Shown here: one piece after another, positions 40,227 to 49,338 of the stretch
How positions within the stretch are numbered: the first letter of the stretch is position 1
Layout: each line of letters opens with the position of its first letter
DNA from: a virus
DNA: 64,000 nucleotides
Virus record (IMG/VR): IMGVR_UViG_3300042013_000045
Span: 1-64,000 of that record
Direction: 5' to 3' (one strand)
The notes under the pieces: generated by a model
What the model saw: the letters and a program-made list of their open reading frames with translations, nothing else
What the model was told of the DNA's origin: nothing
Databases searched by the model: none
Made by a program: the position numbers and the translations under genes

Positions 40227-42602
40227 ATGAGTACTGTAATTCCAATCTACCCGTTCGACCCGGATGGTGATGCGGTCACGAACTTGGTGCACGAGCAACA
40301 GCCGCTGGAGTCCAATGGAGTCTTTGACAACTTCTACTTGATTCCACGTGCCGCACCGTTCTACGCAGGAAGCGTGCAGTTGGTTCTGTATCCAGGCGCC
40401 ATCCCGCTGATTGAAGGTAAGCACTACAACTTCGGTCACCACTTCAAGGATGCTTCGCATACCATTGGGCAGGCGATTTACGGCTCTATCACGTTCTATG
40501 ACCGTGACATGAAGGGCATCGTCGACATGACCTACCAGACCCTTGGTGGTGCATGGACTCTCGACGAGGCTACTATTCTCGAGATTCTCGAGAACGAAGT
40601 CCGTAACCCGCGCATCACGTCGTGGGAAACCATCGTTGAGTTGCCGTTCCAATTCCCGGTTGTCAACCACAAGTTCGACATTGAAGACTTCGTCGGCATG
40701 TCGGAAGTGACTACTGAACTGGCCGGTATCAAACAAGCCCTGGAAGACAAGGGCGGTGGCGCGATCGACGAGCACATTCAGAACAAGGCGAACCCGCACG
40801 AAGTGACCAAGACGCAAGTCGGTCTCGGTTTGGTGGACAACTTCCCGACAGCCTCTGTCGCTGAAGCCCAAGCGGCAACGCTCAACACCCGCTTTATGAC
40901 GCCTCTGCGTACCCGTCAAGCAATCGAGGCTGTCGCCTTGTCTGCCCTGACTGCGCACACCGGTGATCTGAACAACCCTCACCAAACCACCAAAGCCCAC
41001 GTCGGCCTCGGTCTGGTGCAGAACTACCAGCTGGCCTCTCAGGCTGAAGCTGAAGCTGCATCGAGCAACGCCCGTTACATGACTCCACTGCGAGTGCGTG
41101 AAGCGGTAGACGCTCTGGTAGGGACAGCGTTCACGGCTCACGTCGGTAACCTGAACAACCCGCACCAAGTGAACAAAGGCCACGTTGGTCTGGGCTCTGT
41201 CCAGAACTACGGTGTTGCGGCTCCAGCGGATGCGACCACCGGTACGTCCAACGTACTGTACATGACGCCTCTGCAAACCCGTAACGCGATTGCTGCGTTT
41301 GCCGGTAACAAGATTGACACTCACGCTGCTGACTTCAACAACCCACACGCGACTTCCAAGACGCACGTAGGTTTGGGGTTGGTACAGAACTTCGGCATCG
41401 CTACTGAAGCAGAAGCCCGTGATGCGACGTTGGCCACCAAGTACATGACGCCGCTGGGTGTCCGTCAGGCGATCAACGAACTGGTGGGTGATGCAGCCAT
41501 CGGTGAGCACGTTACCAACTTCAACAACCCTCACCAGGTCACGGCTGCTCAAGTCGGGGCTCCGTCGATTGCTGAGTTCAACAACGCTCTCGATCTCAAG
41601 CTGGACTCGGGTGATGCTGCGGCTAACGCCTTGGCTGTGTACGGCATGAACCAACCTGCTTTGCAGGCGTGGATCTATTCTCTGCCGTCGGGTAATGCTG
41701 ACAAGCTGGAGAACCGTTCGTTTGCTCAGGTCATGTCGGAAGTGCTGGCTGGTAAAGCGGCTGACTCCTTCCTGCTGAACGGCAAGACGTACGCTGACAT
41801 CTTGGAAGACATCGGTGATGCCACCGCGTCGAGCTCGATCCAGTACTCCATCCCTGATCTGCCTCTGGTAGTCGATGGGGCTAACGGTGAGATTGCTCCT
41901 CCTCCAAGCTGGTTGATGTTCGGTACGTTCAAGATCCCAGTCGGTTCTACCATCTGCGATCTGTCCCTGCACCTGACTGGGGGCCGTAACGATGAAGCAT
42001 TGATCGACGAGTTGCAGTCCAGCTGCTTCTTGAACGTCTCGGCGACCACCGAGTTCCCTGATGGCGGTGTGTTGACCATCGGTGTGAAGCACGCTCAGGT
42101 TCGTCACTTGAACAAAGTCGACAGTCCGATCACCCTCGCTTACCGTCCGGTGGGCAATGGTGCTAACGCTGCGGTCGAGCTGTGGATTCGTTCTGCCTCT
42201 ACCCGCACTCAGGTCACTGTCACTGAGTTGTCCTTGAACCGCTTCAACGTAGCAACGATGTCGTCGCCTGAGCTGTTGAGCGACTTGATCACCGTGCGTC
42301 CGGCGGGTGTGCTTGACTGTGAGGTCATCACTGACGGTAGCGCTGAGTTTGCTGCTGATAAAGCTGCACTCGCTGCGTTCATTGCTCGTCGTGATAACCC
42401 GCACGTGGTTACCAAAACCCAAGTCGGTTTGGGGAGTGTGCCTAACTACGCAGAGGCCACACAGGCTGAAGCCTTGGCTGGTACTGTCACCAACAAACTG
42501 ATGACGCCGAAGCTGACTAAGGATTCCATCGACGCCAGTAACGACGCGATCCTCACGGCGGTGACTGATACGCTGAACGAACTGATTCTGGACTTCAGCT
42601 AA
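40227..42602 (+). CDS. tail fibre-associated protein with NPH repeats (phiKZ gp146-like)
   Basis: Six NPHx(V/T)...(Q/H)VG repeats, most followed by LG and ...MTP. Confidence 0.75.
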   Translation: MSTVIPIYPFDPDGDAVTNLVHEQQPLESNGVFDNFYLIPRAAPFYAGSVQLVLYPGAIPLIEGKHYNFGHHFKDASHTIGQAIYGSITFYDRDMKGIVDMTYQTLGGAWTLDEATILEILENEVRNPRITSWETIVELPFQFPVVNHKFDIEDFVGMSEVTTELAGIKQALEDKGGGAIDEHIQNKANPHEVTKTQVGLGLVDNFPTASVAEAQAATLNTRFMTPLRTRQAIEAVALSALTAHTGDLNNPHQTTKAHVGLGLVQNYQLASQAEAEAASSNARYMTPLRVREAVDALVGTAFTAHVGNLNNPHQVNKGHVGLGSVQNYGVAAPADATTGTSNVLYMTPLQTRNAIAAFAGNKIDTHAADFNNPHATSKTHVGLGLVQNFGIATEAEARDATLATKYMTPLGVRQAINELVGDAAIGEHVTNFNNPHQVTAAQVGAPSIAEFNNALDLKLDSGDAAANALAVYGMNQPALQAWIYSLPSGNADKLENRSFAQVMSEVLAGKAADSFLLNGKTYADILEDIGDATASSSIQYSIPDLPLVVDGANGEIAPPPSWLMFGTFKIPVGSTICDLSLHLTGGRNDEALIDELQSSCFLNVSATTEFPDGGVLTIGVKHAQVRHLNKVDSPITLAYRPVGNGANAAVELWIRSASTRTQVTVTELSLNRFNVATMSSPELLSDLITVRPAGVLDCEVITDGSAEFAADKAALAAFIARRDNPHVVTKTQVGLGSVPNYAEATQAEALAGTVTNKLMTPKLTKDSIDASNDAILTAVTDTLNELILDFS

Positions 42603-42610
42603 TAGTGCCA

Positions 42611-42649
42611 GGCTCACTGCATGTAACAGTGCAGTGAGTCTTTGTTTTT
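42611..42649 (+). terminator. intrinsic terminator
   Basis: GGCTCACTGCA...TGCAGTGAGTC followed by TTTGTTTTT. Confidence 0.65.
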
Positions 42650-42678
42650 GACAGCTCAACCGACGATGGAGTCGTACA

Positions 42679-44127
42679 ATGAGTACCCGACCTTTAATTG
42701 CTAAGTACCCGTTGGATAAGACGGGTACCTCGCCGACGAACAAAGTCATCGGCGAGGTCCGTGAACTCAACGGTTCGCGCGATCGTGCTTTCGTTCCATT
42801 CGGTGGGCCGTTCTACACCGAAAGCTTTAAGATCATCAACAACGACACTGGCCTTCCGCTGGTTCCGGTTGATGACTACATCCTGTGCCAACCGTTCCAA
42901 CAAGCGGCGCTGCGTACCGGTAAAGATGTCCAGTGCGTGGTCTGGATCAAACTGCCTGCACCGATCACCGTTCGCTACGAGTATCAAGTAGTCGGTGGTG
43001 AGTACAGCTGGAACATCGAAGCCTTGGTGCAGATGATCAACGAGATCGATCTCGATGGCCGTCCTGTACAATGGGGTTCGATCATTGGTAAGCCTACTGC
43101 TTATCCGCCGGCTCCTCACATCCACGACATCGGCGACAGCTACGGCTGGGAATACGTGGTCTTCCAACTGGAAGGCATCCGTAATGCGATCCTCGTAGGT
43201 GACGAAGCGTCTCACGATGAACTGCGTCAACAGATGCAAGCGATTCGTGACGAATTGGAGTTGCTGATTGCAGCGGTGGACGACAAGGTCGATCTTCACA
43301 TTGCGGACTATGCTAACCCACACCGGGTGACCAAGCTGCAAGTGGGGTTGGGTCAGGTCCAGGACTTCCCGATTGCGTCTGCCTCGGAAGCGTTGGCTGG
43401 TACAGCGACTAACCGTTACATGACGCCAGCCCTGACCACCACGCTGATCAACCGTCTGATCGACGAGCAACTCGGCGCTCACATCGCTGACAAGAACAAC
43501 CCGCACAACACCACCAAAGCACAGGTGGGTCTGGGTTCGGTCTTGAACTACGGTGTGGCTACCACTGGCGAAGCACAAGCCGGTGCGGTCAACGACAAGT
43601 ACATGACTCCTGCGCTGACCAAGGCTGCGATCATGTTCGTTGTGGGCGATGCGTTCAACACTCATGTGGCGAACACCAACAATCCTCACGGTACCACTGC
43701 TACTCAAGTGGGCTTGGGTCTGGTACAGAACTACGGCGTAGCAACAACCGCTGAAGCTCTGGCAGGGACTGCGACCAACAAGTACATGACGCCTCAGTTG
43801 ACGAACGCGGCTATCAAGGCAACCGCCTCGGATGCTCTGATCGCCCACATCGCGGACAAGGGTAACCCACACGGTACTACGGCAGCTCAGGTTGGTCTCG
43901 GTAACCTCCCGAACGCCATCACCCGGAGCCGCTTCAGTAACTCTGACGCTCAACTGCTGACCGCTGGCAGCATGTTCGATCACGTGAACTCGGGTGACCA
44001 CGATGCTCGTTACAACCCGAAAAACAACGTGAGCGTGGATGGTAGTATCCATATCTCCGGTGGTCGTGGTTACGTTGCGATCAGCGGCGGGTGGCGTCAA
44101 TTCTGGCCGGCTCAGTGGGTCGGTTAA
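42679..44127 (+). CDS. tail fibre protein with NPH repeats (phiKZ gp145-like)
   Basis: Paralogous N-terminus and four NPH...QVGLG repeats. Short C-terminus ending GGWRQFWPAQWVG. Confidence 0.75.
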   Translation: MSTRPLIAKYPLDKTGTSPTNKVIGEVRELNGSRDRAFVPFGGPFYTESFKIINNDTGLPLVPVDDYILCQPFQQAALRTGKDVQCVVWIKLPAPITVRYEYQVVGGEYSWNIEALVQMINEIDLDGRPVQWGSIIGKPTAYPPAPHIHDIGDSYGWEYVVFQLEGIRNAILVGDEASHDELRQQMQAIRDELELLIAAVDDKVDLHIADYANPHRVTKLQVGLGQVQDFPIASASEALAGTATNRYMTPALTTTLINRLIDEQLGAHIADKNNPHNTTKAQVGLGSVLNYGVATTGEAQAGAVNDKYMTPALTKAAIMFVVGDAFNTHVANTNNPHGTTATQVGLGLVQNYGVATTAEALAGTATNKYMTPQLTNAAIKATASDALIAHIADKGNPHGTTAAQVGLGNLPNAITRSRFSNSDAQLLTAGSMFDHVNSGDHDARYNPKNNVSVDGSIHISGGRGYVAISGGWRQFWPAQWVG

Positions 44128-44171
44128 ATAGAGCCTCATTTTATAGTTAAGTCTATAGTGAGGAGTATCCC

Positions 44172-44681
44172 ATGTTACGCAAGTTGACCGATTTCCAGTT
44201 TATAGGTATCACCGAAGAGCGGTTGGCGGTTGACGCGCTGTTGGACAGTCTCTACCCGTACGATCAGGGTTTGATCAAGATCGTACGGGACGGGGGCATG
44301 CACGACGCATTCAGTATCATGGATGTGCTGGAACATGAAGACAAGCCGTTGAAGATCGAAGGGATTGAACGGTTGAACCGCATTCTGTATTCAGAGTGCC
44401 AACGACTGGGCGGCAACTTCGGTCACTACGGGCCTGTCACCTGTCATCTATTCAGGTCCCCTAAGGACTCCATCAGTTTCCCCATGCATGAGGATCTCGA
44501 CGATGTCGTGGTTCACATGGTCAAAGGGAAGAAGATCTTTGAATCTCCCTCAGGCGACCTCGAGTTACTTGAGGGGGAATCCATTTTTATCCCACGTGGC
44601 ACTAAGCACCGGGCGATCAACGTCGAAGCGTCAGTGATGTTGAGTTTTGGTATTGAGCGCTTCATCGTCGAGAAACTCTGA
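44172..44681 (+). CDS. JmjC/cupin-type Fe(II)/2OG oxygenase
   Basis: FPMHED...KGKK...FIPRGTKH gives an HxD...H triad, as in the YcfD/ROX class. Confidence 0.7.
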   Translation: MLRKLTDFQFIGITEERLAVDALLDSLYPYDQGLIKIVRDGGMHDAFSIMDVLEHEDKPLKIEGIERLNRILYSECQRLGGNFGHYGPVTCHLFRSPKDSISFPMHEDLDDVVVHMVKGKKIFESPSGDLELLEGESIFIPRGTKHRAINVEASVMLSFGIERFIVEKL

Positions 44682-45719
44682 ATGCAATCGAAAACGATCT
44701 ACGTCAAAACCACAGGTACATGCAACCTCAACTGCTCCCACTGCTTTACCAACGGGAAGTCTGGCGACAAGACCCAGTTCTGCCCCGATAGCGTGGGAGA
44801 CTGGGTTGCTGACTTTATGTCACGTTACCCGGAAGGTACGCACTACCACATGGAATTCCATGGTGGCGAGCCGTTCTTGGTTCCGGTTGCTAAGCTGAAG
44901 CAGTTTGCAGACAAGTTCCACGACAATGAAAACGTTTCCATGTGCGCCAACAGTAACCTGACGTTTAAAATTACAGATGAGCACATTAATTTCATTAAAA
45001 CATATTTTAACAGTTATATAGGCACAAGTTGGGATCATTGGATCAGATGGTCCAATCAGAAACAACTCGACCTGTGGAAGAGCAACCTCAAGTTGCTGGG
45101 TAGTCACGGGATTGGGATTGGTCTGAAGGTCTCGGTTAGCCGTGAACTGATTAAGATGTCAGCTGACTGGTTCATTGATCAGCTGGAAAGCTTCGGTGTA
45201 GAGGAAGCGTCCCTGGAGCGGTTGACCTTGGATGGCAGTGCTAACGAGAACCCAGACATCTTCCCCGATAACGAGGAACAGGATAACTGGTATCTGGCAG
45301 TGTATCAGCGCTACCACGAACGCCAGCCTACTGTCCGTATTCGCACCATGGACATCATCAAGGCAAAGCTCAAGCACAACATCGTCAAAGTCGACACCAG
45401 TTGCCGCAACTGCGAGCAGAACTTGGTGACGATCAACTCCAGCGGTACGTTGGGTGGCTGTCCCAACGTGGCTACACAGAAACACCACGCAAAACTCTCC
45501 GATGGCGTTACTGCTTTCCTTGAGTCAGACAGCCGCACGGATGACATCGTCAAGGAACTCTCCTTTGGCGAGACGTGCATGACCTGTGACGTGTTCGATC
45601 TGTGTGGTGGTGACTGTCACCGGTTGCCGTGGCAAGGTTCGCGCTGTGGGGGTTTGAAGAATACCTTGCGCTTCCTGTCCGGTCGTGTGCAGACCACCAA
45701 TCTAATTTTCAAGGGGTAG
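44682..45719 (+). CDS. radical SAM/SPASM protein 1
   Basis: CNLNCSHC, FHGGEP and C-terminal CMTCDVFDLCGGDC. Confidence 0.9.
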   Translation: MQSKTIYVKTTGTCNLNCSHCFTNGKSGDKTQFCPDSVGDWVADFMSRYPEGTHYHMEFHGGEPFLVPVAKLKQFADKFHDNENVSMCANSNLTFKITDEHINFIKTYFNSYIGTSWDHWIRWSNQKQLDLWKSNLKLLGSHGIGIGLKVSVSRELIKMSADWFIDQLESFGVEEASLERLTLDGSANENPDIFPDNEEQDNWYLAVYQRYHERQPTVRIRTMDIIKAKLKHNIVKVDTSCRNCEQNLVTINSSGTLGGCPNVATQKHHAKLSDGVTAFLESDSRTDDIVKELSFGETCMTCDVFDLCGGDCHRLPWQGSRCGGLKNTLRFLSGRVQTTNLIFKG

Positions 45720-45722
45720 AAC

Positions 45723-46259
45723 ATGGCTACTGATATTCTTCGGCAACATGTGGCGAACGTGGCGAACGCCTACGTCCGTAACAATGCCAACTCGGGCATC
45801 TCTTGGGGGACGAACAACTACCCAGGTGGTTCCCTAGGGTGGTTTGCTGGCGACACTAACGGTATCGCACAGGCGTTCGATGCTAACTGGATCGCTGGGG
45901 GTGATGCTTCGGCATCCAACGTCGCGGCGCACCTGCGTAACTTCGCGAACCTCTTCGGCGGTATCCGTCTTACACGCATCGTGATCTATTACCTGGACTA
46001 TCGTTACGGCACCACGGTGCAGTACGACGGTACAGCAATTGCCAACACGATCTACGGTGTGGGCGATTACGCTTCTGGTGCTGCGCTGCCTGGTTTGGCT
46101 GGCGGTGCTGACATGGACTTGAACAACCTGAACGCCTGTGGCAATAGCCTGTGGAACAGCTACTACGCTAACGCCCGGAACACAGTCCTTACTCTTACCA
46201 ACACTATCTGCCACACCAGCTGCCATGACAACTGTCACTGTGCACGCGGGCGTCGCTGA
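45723..46259 (+). CDS. Gly/Asn-rich protein with C-terminal CHxx repeats, candidate modification substrate
   Basis: Ends in CHTSCHDNCHCARGRR and sits among the modifying-enzyme genes. Confidence 0.7.
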   Translation: MATDILRQHVANVANAYVRNNANSGISWGTNNYPGGSLGWFAGDTNGIAQAFDANWIAGGDASASNVAAHLRNFANLFGGIRLTRIVIYYLDYRYGTTVQYDGTAIANTIYGVGDYASGAALPGLAGGADMDLNNLNACGNSLWNSYYANARNTVLTLTNTICHTSCHDNCHCARGRR

Positions 46260-46271
46260 GGAGCCATTGTC

Positions 46272-47039
46272 GTGACAGACCTCGCCCCAAGCAATCCCAA
46301 TGAAGTGCTGGTAACCATCCCAATCCCTCCGGCCATCCTGCGTCGTAAGTTCACAGAACCGGACTTGCTGTTCGTCATTGATTACGACAACAGCAAGTTC
46401 AAAGGTAAGATGATGATCACTTACCTGTCCAACCTGAACATCAATTGCAAGTTGCAGCTGAATGACTCGGTGAATGCGTTGGAGCTGCTGTCGCAGTACT
46501 TGCGGATCACTACACTGGTCACCATTAGCGACATGGAACACCTGGCCATGCAGATGCTGTTGGCCTATTGCGGTAAACCTCACATGTTGGACTTCGACCC
46601 TGCGGAGTTCATTGCAGCGAACGATGACATCCTGACTGTGTGGAAACGTCGCTTGTTCCAACTGCCGTTGTTTGCCATGCACGTCCTGAAGAAGTTCGAG
46701 GATTACCTCGAGCAGTTCCCAGAAGACGATGATGACGGGATGTACGGTATCAACTACGTGCACTTGATCAAGCATGAAGACTTCGCCATCCTGATGCACG
46801 GTTACACCGATGACCTGCTGACCAAGAACACCACGCTCTTCAACGAGTACCTGTTCGCCGGCAAGAACTTGTTCCACTACTTCGCAGTTCAAAGCAATCC
46901 GCTCTTCATGGGCGTGTTGTCGTTGCAGGACGAAGCATCCTTCAACCTGATGAAGCCTGCGCTGGCAGAGGCTGCTAAGCAGTTGGAGCTGGTAGTGCCG
47001 ACGATCCAATTGAGGATTGCCAATGTACCATCTATTTGA
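46272..47039 (+). CDS. hypothetical protein of the radical SAM cluster
   Basis: GTG start with a GAGGAG RBS, 255 aa. Confidence 0.7.
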   Translation: MTDLAPSNPNEVLVTIPIPPAILRRKFTEPDLLFVIDYDNSKFKGKMMITYLSNLNINCKLQLNDSVNALELLSQYLRITTLVTISDMEHLAMQMLLAYCGKPHMLDFDPAEFIAANDDILTVWKRRLFQLPLFAMHVLKKFEDYLEQFPEDDDDGMYGINYVHLIKHEDFAILMHGYTDDLLTKNTTLFNEYLFAGKNLFHYFAVQSNPLFMGVLSLQDEASFNLMKPALAEAAKQLELVVPTIQLRIANVPSI

Positions 47040-48075
47040 TTCGGTCTACGTCGATACGCACTCGCGCATTGATCGTACACAGGACGTTATCACCATCGGC
47101 AATCAACTGGGTTACGAATACTTCCCAGATGAACGTGCGGTGGTCGGTAAGCAACTGGCTTTCGCTGAGAGCCTGGACGACGTGACCCCTGAAGCCTTCG
47201 TAGAAATGTTCACGTTGGCCAAAGCGTCGAAGAAGGCCACGGTCTTCTGTTGCGGTGGAACGTACCTGAGGCTGTACACGCTGTTGGTGAAAGCTCTGCT
47301 GCCTGCGGTGGATCTGGAAACCTTCAAGTGGATCATGCTCTGCAAGAAGGCCACGTTCAACACCACCTTGACCAACATCCGCAAACCTGTGGTTGATGTG
47401 ATCGGTTCGGTGACGATCACTGGCAAAGTCATTGAAGAGCTGTACGCCTTCGAAGACCCACTGCTGCCTGCAATGCAGGAAGTGATCCTTCAGGACAAGA
47501 CCACCCTGTCGCTCGAATGGCGCATCTTGCGCTTGAAGACTGACCAACGGGTCGGCATGCTGCCAAAGGTGCTCAAACGCATCCTGCACCGCATTGCATT
47601 GGCTAACACGCATGACGCCTTGGATGTCTGGGGTCGTGTACTTACCGAACCAGAGAACTGGGAATTCGGTGGCTGTGACTTCGACAGTCTGTTGAACGCT
47701 CCTACGGTGTTCGAAGGGTCGATGGCGTTGCAGTTCTCCAACAACCCAATGTTCCTTCAACCGAACCTGTTCGATCAAGAACCGTCGGATGACTGGATCA
47801 AAGGTTTGTTGTCTGAACTGATCCCAATGCTGGCTCACTGTGACGAAGGCCCAACGGCCGGGCGCACCAAGTTGATCCTCAAGCTGTTGCAAGAGCAGGT
47901 CAACCTGTACAACCCAGAAGTTTGTCTCGAACGCGTGATGACCATGTTCCACGGTCCAAAGCGTCTGGCACTTCCAAACCGAGATTCCGGCAAGTACGAC
48001 GAGAACTTGATCCGGTACATCCTACGAACTGACGTGGTTATTTTGAAGGCCTGCGTCGAAGGAGCTGAATGGTGA
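47023..48075 (+). CDS. hypothetical protein of the radical SAM cluster
   Basis: ATG 47023 with a GAGGA RBS. Overlaps both neighbours. Confidence 0.7.
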   Translation: MYHLFDSVYVDTHSRIDRTQDVITIGNQLGYEYFPDERAVVGKQLAFAESLDDVTPEAFVEMFTLAKASKKATVFCCGGTYLRLYTLLVKALLPAVDLETFKWIMLCKKATFNTTLTNIRKPVVDVIGSVTITGKVIEELYAFEDPLLPAMQEVILQDKTTLSLEWRILRLKTDQRVGMLPKVLKRILHRIALANTHDALDVWGRVLTEPENWEFGGCDFDSLLNAPTVFEGSMALQFSNNPMFLQPNLFDQEPSDDWIKGLLSELIPMLAHCDEGPTAGRTKLILKLLQEQVNLYNPEVCLERVMTMFHGPKRLALPNRDSGKYDENLIRYILRTDVVILKACVEGAEW

Positions 48076-49070
48076 GTAATCTTATCCCACTCGTGGACAT
48101 CTTGCAGGATAAGAAGGGCAAGTACAAGGAAGCTCACTTGATCCTTTTTGAGCGCTGCAACATGCGCTGCTCGTTTTGCCACCAGGACCACGACTCGGAA
48201 GTCGGGATGAGTGGGGAAGATGTACTTGCTAAAGTGGACACGTTCATCATGAACTCCGATCCTAATGACGCCTATGTGGTGAACATTACGGGTGGTGAGT
48301 TGTTCATGGACGACGTCCCTGATGAACTGTTCGAATACTACTTCTTGGCCGGTAAGGCGATCCTGCAACGCTTCGAGGACGTCAAGCTGGTCTTTGGTAC
48401 GAACCTCGTTTATCAGAACACGGCCCGCGTTCGTCGTTTGATGCAGCGACTGCATCCATTCGGTCACGCCTGTCTGGCAACCTCGTACGATCCTGCTGGG
48501 CGGTTCAACGGGGAGCAGCGTAAGTTGTTCCTTGAGAACCTGATGGAGTTCGAGGCGATGATTGAGACTGTCAACGTGGTCATCACACGACAGAACATCG
48601 ACATCTTCTTGAAAGGCCAAGAGGGGCCTGAGTTCGACGTCATGGTCGCAGGCTTCGATGTCTACTTCGACCATTACATCCCGAGTACGCGTTACGAAGA
48701 GCATCAGCCTACAGAACACGCGATCAGCGAACTGTACCTGAGGCTCAATGAACGTTACCCCAACTCCTATCCGATCAAAGCATGGAAAGAGAACCAATTC
48801 AACGACACCACTTGCCGGTCTACCAAGATCATCAACAGCAATGGCATCGTGACCACGTGTTGGTCTGAAGCGGGGAAAGACTCTGTGCTGGATGAAGGAC
48901 AGGGCTTGGCGTTGAAACAAGCGGCCGAAGATCGGTTCCTTGAGAAGTACAACTGTCTGGCGTGTGAGTATTACCAGCGGTGCGGTTTGCGTTGCTTCTT
49001 GCATCACAGCTTTGTTGAAGACGGCTCAGACGAGTGTCAGATCAAAGTTATGTTCGACAAGGTATTGTGA
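48069..49070 (+). CDS. radical SAM/SPASM-like protein 2
   Basis: CNMRCSFC, TGGE and C-terminal CLACEYYQRCGLRC. Confidence 0.88.
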   Translation: MVSNLIPLVDILQDKKGKYKEAHLILFERCNMRCSFCHQDHDSEVGMSGEDVLAKVDTFIMNSDPNDAYVVNITGGELFMDDVPDELFEYYFLAGKAILQRFEDVKLVFGTNLVYQNTARVRRLMQRLHPFGHACLATSYDPAGRFNGEQRKLFLENLMEFEAMIETVNVVITRQNIDIFLKGQEGPEFDVMVAGFDVYFDHYIPSTRYEEHQPTEHAISELYLRLNERYPNSYPIKAWKENQFNDTTCRSTKIINSNGIVTTCWSEAGKDSVLDEGQGLALKQAAEDRFLEKYNCLACEYYQRCGLRCFLHHSFVEDGSDECQIKVMFDKVL

Positions 49071-49077
49071 AGTGTCT

Positions 49078-49107
49078 AGGACTAGGGGATATCCCCTAGT
49101 CCTCTTT
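49078..49107 (+). terminator. hairpin inside the cluster
   Basis: Perfect palindrome AGGACTAGGGGATATCCCCTAGTCCT followed by CTTT. Confidence 0.55.
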
Positions 49108-49129
49108 ATCTATTACTTGAGTAACTGCC

Positions 49130-49327
49130 ATGAACCAATTCGAATTGTCTGCTGATGGATACGAATCTGCTGTAGCTTGGTTGAACGACAATGGTCATAG
49201 TGCGCACCTAGACTCCGACCGGGCTCCGATGGATGGTTACACGATCATCACCCTGGCCAACTCGCTGAAGAACAACGCGACTGTACAGACCCAGGCTTTC
49301 CTGCGTCCAGTTCTGCAAGCCTGCTAA
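49130..49327 (+). CDS. small hypothetical protein
   Basis: 65-aa ORF filling the gap before rSAM 3. Confidence 0.5.
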   Translation: MNQFELSADGYESAVAWLNDNGHSAHLDSDRAPMDGYTIITLANSLKNNATVQTQAFLRPVLQAC

Positions 49328-49338
49328 GAGGCAACACC

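Noticed and set aside
40146-44139. 874-aa and 481-aa minus-strand ORFs
   Set aside because: Antisense mirrors of the two fibre genes.
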